From: Chrysomallon squamiferum
Taxonomy: Eukaryota > Animalia > Mollusca
Assembly: GCA_012295275.1 (NCBI GenBank)
Contig: CM022671.1
Span: 33,542,001-33,606,000, forward strand
Length of the DNA stretch: 64,000 bases
Direction: 5' to 3'
Numbering within the stretch: position 1 is the first letter of the stretch; each line of letters opens with the position of its first letter. Below are positions 59,983 through 64,000 of this stretch, one piece after another. A program made the translations under genes and the position numbers. The notes beneath the pieces were generated by a model. That model did no database searches, was not told the origin of the DNA, and saw only the letters and a list, made by a program, of their open reading frames with translations.

Positions 59983-61614
59983 CATGTAAAAAAAGTCTGT
60001 TCGTATGTGTATATATATAAGCATAATATTAATAAACATAAATGCTGTTAACCAGCCTGTCATCCCCCACCTACAAAAATGGGAGGCTGTATGTTTACAT
60101 ACACACGCACCCAGTATAATTGAAAAAACACCTCTCAAAACAATTCAGGTCCAGATCAAGGGGTAGCAAGTACACATCTCCTGCAGACCCACTACAAACA
60201 TTCACAAGAACGTGTTTGTTCAGCAAGTCTTTGCAGTGATACCATTTACAGTCAGAGTATTTACACCGTTGTTGCAGACACATCTCTGACTGAACTCTGA
60301 CAACATGGCCACACACTATGTTCAACAAACAAAACATACTAGCATGAATTAAATCTTTTGTTTACAAAGGAAATGTGAGCAACGTATTTCCTTATTGGTT
60401 AAAACAAGTTACTTGTCTAATTAGTTATTGTTAGGTGTAATTAGTACAAACACAAACAGGTATAGATACTTTATGCTTAAAAAAACCTCAAATTATTGTT
60501 GAACAGTAAAACAATTTATTCAGTTGATCAGTTTTCATTATCTGATGTGAAAACCTTGTGGAGTGATTATTTATTTAAATCTAAAAAAAAAAAAAAAGAA
60601 ACAAATAAAAGATGATTTTTTTCTAGTTACATGTTATTCTATTTATATATATTCATCTTTCTTTATTTTATTTATTATTATTAATTATTTTTAATAACTG
60701 TATATTTATAAAAAAAAAAAATAAATAAATAAATAAATAAATAAAATTAAATAAATAATAATAAAAAAAAAATACAAGAAAGATATTTTACTGTTTTTAT
60801 AGCTAGAAACCAGTAAACCTTATCTGCTAATAATACTTATATACTCTTCTATAAGTAAACCATTTTCATGGCTTTTCTTTATATATATTAAAATTATGGT
60901 TAAGGTGAAAAAAAGTTGGATACATTTCTAAATAATAAAAAAATAAAACTATACAACTGAATATAATACAAAAGGACCACCATAAAAAATTAGCTTAGAT
61001 CCTGCAATAGAATAAAAGACTCAAGACTGAACTTAATAAAAGTCTGAATACAGACTGACATCATCTGTTCCTGGACTGGTGACAGCACAATCCATATTCA
61101 TTTAATGCAATCATGTAATTATTACTGTCATTTTATCAATGTTTTAGAATCTGTCCTGGAAGAACTTGCAGGTAGAGCATATATCTCTATAGTTGCCAAT
61201 GTCACGAAGTTTCTCCCATTTCATCATTGAAAAACAAGATATAAATTTAGCTAAAGTTCTTGTAATATACCATCATGGAGATGTATTTCCTAATAAAACT
61301 ATAGAACATTGGTTTTCAACTTATTATTATATATTTTAAAATATTCATCTAGTCAAGCCAGTGTCAGTCATTAAGCTACTATCACTAAAATTAGTATGTT
61401 CTCAGTTTGGACAGTCATAGATCATTAATGCTATAAATTTAAAGTATGTAACAGAGATATGTAAACATATTTAAAAATAAAAATATTAAAGTTTGAGTAA
61501 CATTACATGCTACAAGTTCTGAAGAAACCTAGTTGTTTACACAGAAAAGCCTATAAATACAATTTATTCTGAATAAACACTGTAACTTACAAACAATTCA
61601 TTTTTTAACGTTAA

Positions 61615-62195
61615 TAGTGGTACCTTGACTTACCAAAATCTGAGTTACATCCTGCATGTTCGCTCGTTTACAGCACTTGGTTACCTTGCTGTGGAAGCAT
61701 CTGTTGTGATGTGCTCACGTATTGTGCAGTATTTTTCAAAAATTTGTTTTTTCTGACCATGGAGCCTGAGAAAGTGATTTCAAAGGACAGTGCTGAGAAG
61801 AAGAAGTGGATGATGTCCATTGAAATAAAGCATAAAATCACTGAAAAACATGAGTGAGGTGTGCATGTAGTTGACTTGGCTAGGCAGTAGGAGCAAAGTA
61901 CTTCTACGATATGCATGATACTGAAGCAGGAGTCAATAAAGGCTATAACTCCAGCCAAAGGTGTTAAAATAATTTGTCTGATCTCCAAGATAAATACACT
62001 TTACAAAACCATTTTATTTCTTTACATTCTTTGTCATTTATAAATAAATCTTTCTTATTTAAAAATATGTTACAAAAAAACTGGGGTGGTTTTTTTTGGG
62101 GGGGTGGAATAGATTAATGGTATTTCAATTAATTTCAGTTGGGAAAAATGACTCAGCTAAGTAACAAATTAAACTCGCAAGTCAAAGTATCACTG
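61615..62195 (+). mobile_element. Second copy of the non-autonomous Tigger/pogo element
   Basis: Degenerate TIRs (T)AGTGGTACCTTGACTTA ... CAAGTCAAAGTATCACTG-TA. The interior is colinear with 6558-7260, including the MEPEKVISKDSAEKKKWMMSIEIKHKITEKHE remnant. Confidence 0.88.
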
Positions 62196-63519
62196 TATTT
62201 ATCTGGCCAAAACTTAAAATGAAATTTTATCCATATTCAAAAACAAGTTTATATGCACATATTACAAAAAAAAAAAAAAATAAAAATAAAAATACATTAA
62301 ATATAAAAATGTTTCAGAAATAACTTCTTACAATAATTGGATTGAAAAAGACTAAACCCTAATACAAAAGTTTCTGTAGTGCTATTAACCATCACTAATC
62401 TGGAATCCACTCATGATGTAACATAAATAATTGGTAAGCACATTATGCAAATATGGCAGAAATCAAAACAATTTATAATTTACAATGGATTCTGGTGTGC
62501 AAAATTAATTATTAGCATCAGTCCTTCATAATTAATTATTAGTAATTATTCACAATAATCAAATGTTAAAATCTGATCTAAATTACAAAGGACCATTGAC
62601 CGTTTTTTTTTCGGTGATTTGACATGGAATGACCCTAAGCTAAAAAAAAAATTAAGTATTAATAATAATAATAATAAATAAAAGATTCCATAATATAACA
62701 TTCTTAATTTTTTTCAGATATTTAAAAAGTGAATAAATAATAATTTTACAAATGTCACTCAATCAATTCATTTTTATTTTATCACTTTTTAAACTATTTT
62801 TTTCATTGATTACATTTCAAATCAATTATTAACTGAATTTAATGTATCAATAATCTTAAAATTTAAAAATATTTCTTTGATACATTTTATAATTTTTTAT
62901 AGTACTGAAATGTAAATAATACTGAATTATATAAAGTACTAATCTTTCACTCTGGATCTTTTTACTTTTTTTTTTTTTTTTTTTTTGGAAACAGTTATTT
63001 TACCTTGCTGAAAGGTGGTAAATTTACACTGCCTAACAGAAACATTAGTTATATTTTAATAACTGCATTTAGTAATATTGCTGATTTTTATCAAATTTCT
63101 TGTCCAGTTTAGACAGAGGAAAAGGTAGGCCTATACGATATCGCGGTACTTAACTATTTGGAAGAAATAAAGAAATATACATACATATATGAAGGTAAAT
63201 ATACCTTCGCAAATTTTGCTATATCTGCATCATGTCCATTCCACTGTTAACAATTAAACGCAGTTAAAACATTAAAACAGTTTGTGAAACTACACCATAG
63301 GATTTGCTTCCGTTTAATGGAGGTTACCACTATATCGCGGTTAATCGTAAACTTTACAATGCGGTGGAGCGTACGGGTCAGACGTTTCACGTTTTGTACA
63401 CACATTCGGATAATATCTAGTAAACAAACTTCAACACAAGATCGAAGAAAAGTCAGCTTAAAATGTTTGGTTTTTTAATTGTAGTAACATATTAACATTT
63501 TCCATATAAAATCAGCATT

Positions 63520-63970
63520 CAGGCTACTAGCAGGGATTTCCAAGGGATTTCAATTTGTTAGGGTTTAAAATGGATGTCACAAAGTGGTTCCCATTGCAGA
63601 AATCCCAGCACTGTACTAATTTTTCTCGATATAGAAATAGATACAAATGACATGTTATAGCACCTACCTCTAAATAAATTGCTAGAATTAAGGCATCTCA
63701 TTGAGATTACTCTCTTGAAAAGAAAAACTACTTTAGAAAACATTGCAATCACTAATTAGGTACGTGAATTTTGCTTGCCAGGTGGTTAAACCAGGCCGGA
63801 CTTTTATTAGAGGGATGATTGATGCAACAACAGGAGGTACTAAGCGACATCACAATATCCGGGTTACACAAAGTATGAAGGCAGACTTGAACATATGGTT
63901 AGATTTTCTAGACCACTACAGTGGGATTACAGTCATGCCACAACATGTTTGGTCAAGCGGTAAACATTAG
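63520..63970 (+). mobile_element. DIRS/Ngaro-type tyrosine-recombinase retrotransposon RT remnant
   Basis: The broken translation VPIAE/PSTVLIFLDIEIDT..ML*HLPLNKL...KRKTTL/LQSLIRYVNFACQVVKPGRTFIRGMID...IRVTQSMKADLNIWLDFL matches the DIRS RT thumb/tether pattern FLGI.ID...LP..K...LQSL.G.LNFA....PGR.F.R. It contains a stop and frameshifts. Confidence 0.8.
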
Positions 63971-64000
63971 TGGGGATTTTGTTTGAAATGTAGAACATAC

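Noticed and set aside
60095-60337. Cys-rich 80-aa ORF as a zinc finger or toxin
   Set aside because: No recognisable Cys spacing, signal peptide or consistent splice context.

Overview
AT-rich, microsatellite-dense animal genomic DNA, probably molluscan (a decayed Nin-type SINE and mosaic CpG depletion point that way). It is not prokaryotic, so most ORFs in the supplied track are exon fragments or repeat artefacts. I reconstructed seven genes by hand using GT-AG splice sites and reading phase. (1) A minus-strand SH2 + proline-rich + WW adaptor. (2) Head-to-head with it, a 21-coding-exon CFAP92/KIAA1257 ciliary gene with an apparent frameshift. (3) A secreted chitin-binding (CBM14) serine protease. 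(4) An orphan basic, probably nuclear, protein whose CDS lies in one exon. (5-7) A tandem array of three paralogous six-exon secreted proteins with the architecture signal peptide - Pro-rich linker - atypical CUB - antistasin-like Cys module - coiled coil, plus remnants of a further decayed copy. Also present are two copies of a non-autonomous Tigger/pogo element, a DIRS/Ngaro remnant and several decayed minisatellites. The best candidate for an undescribed system is the CUB-antistasin-coiled-coil array beside the chitin-binding protease. Three small indels in otherwise intact genes suggest assembly errors and need read-level checking.
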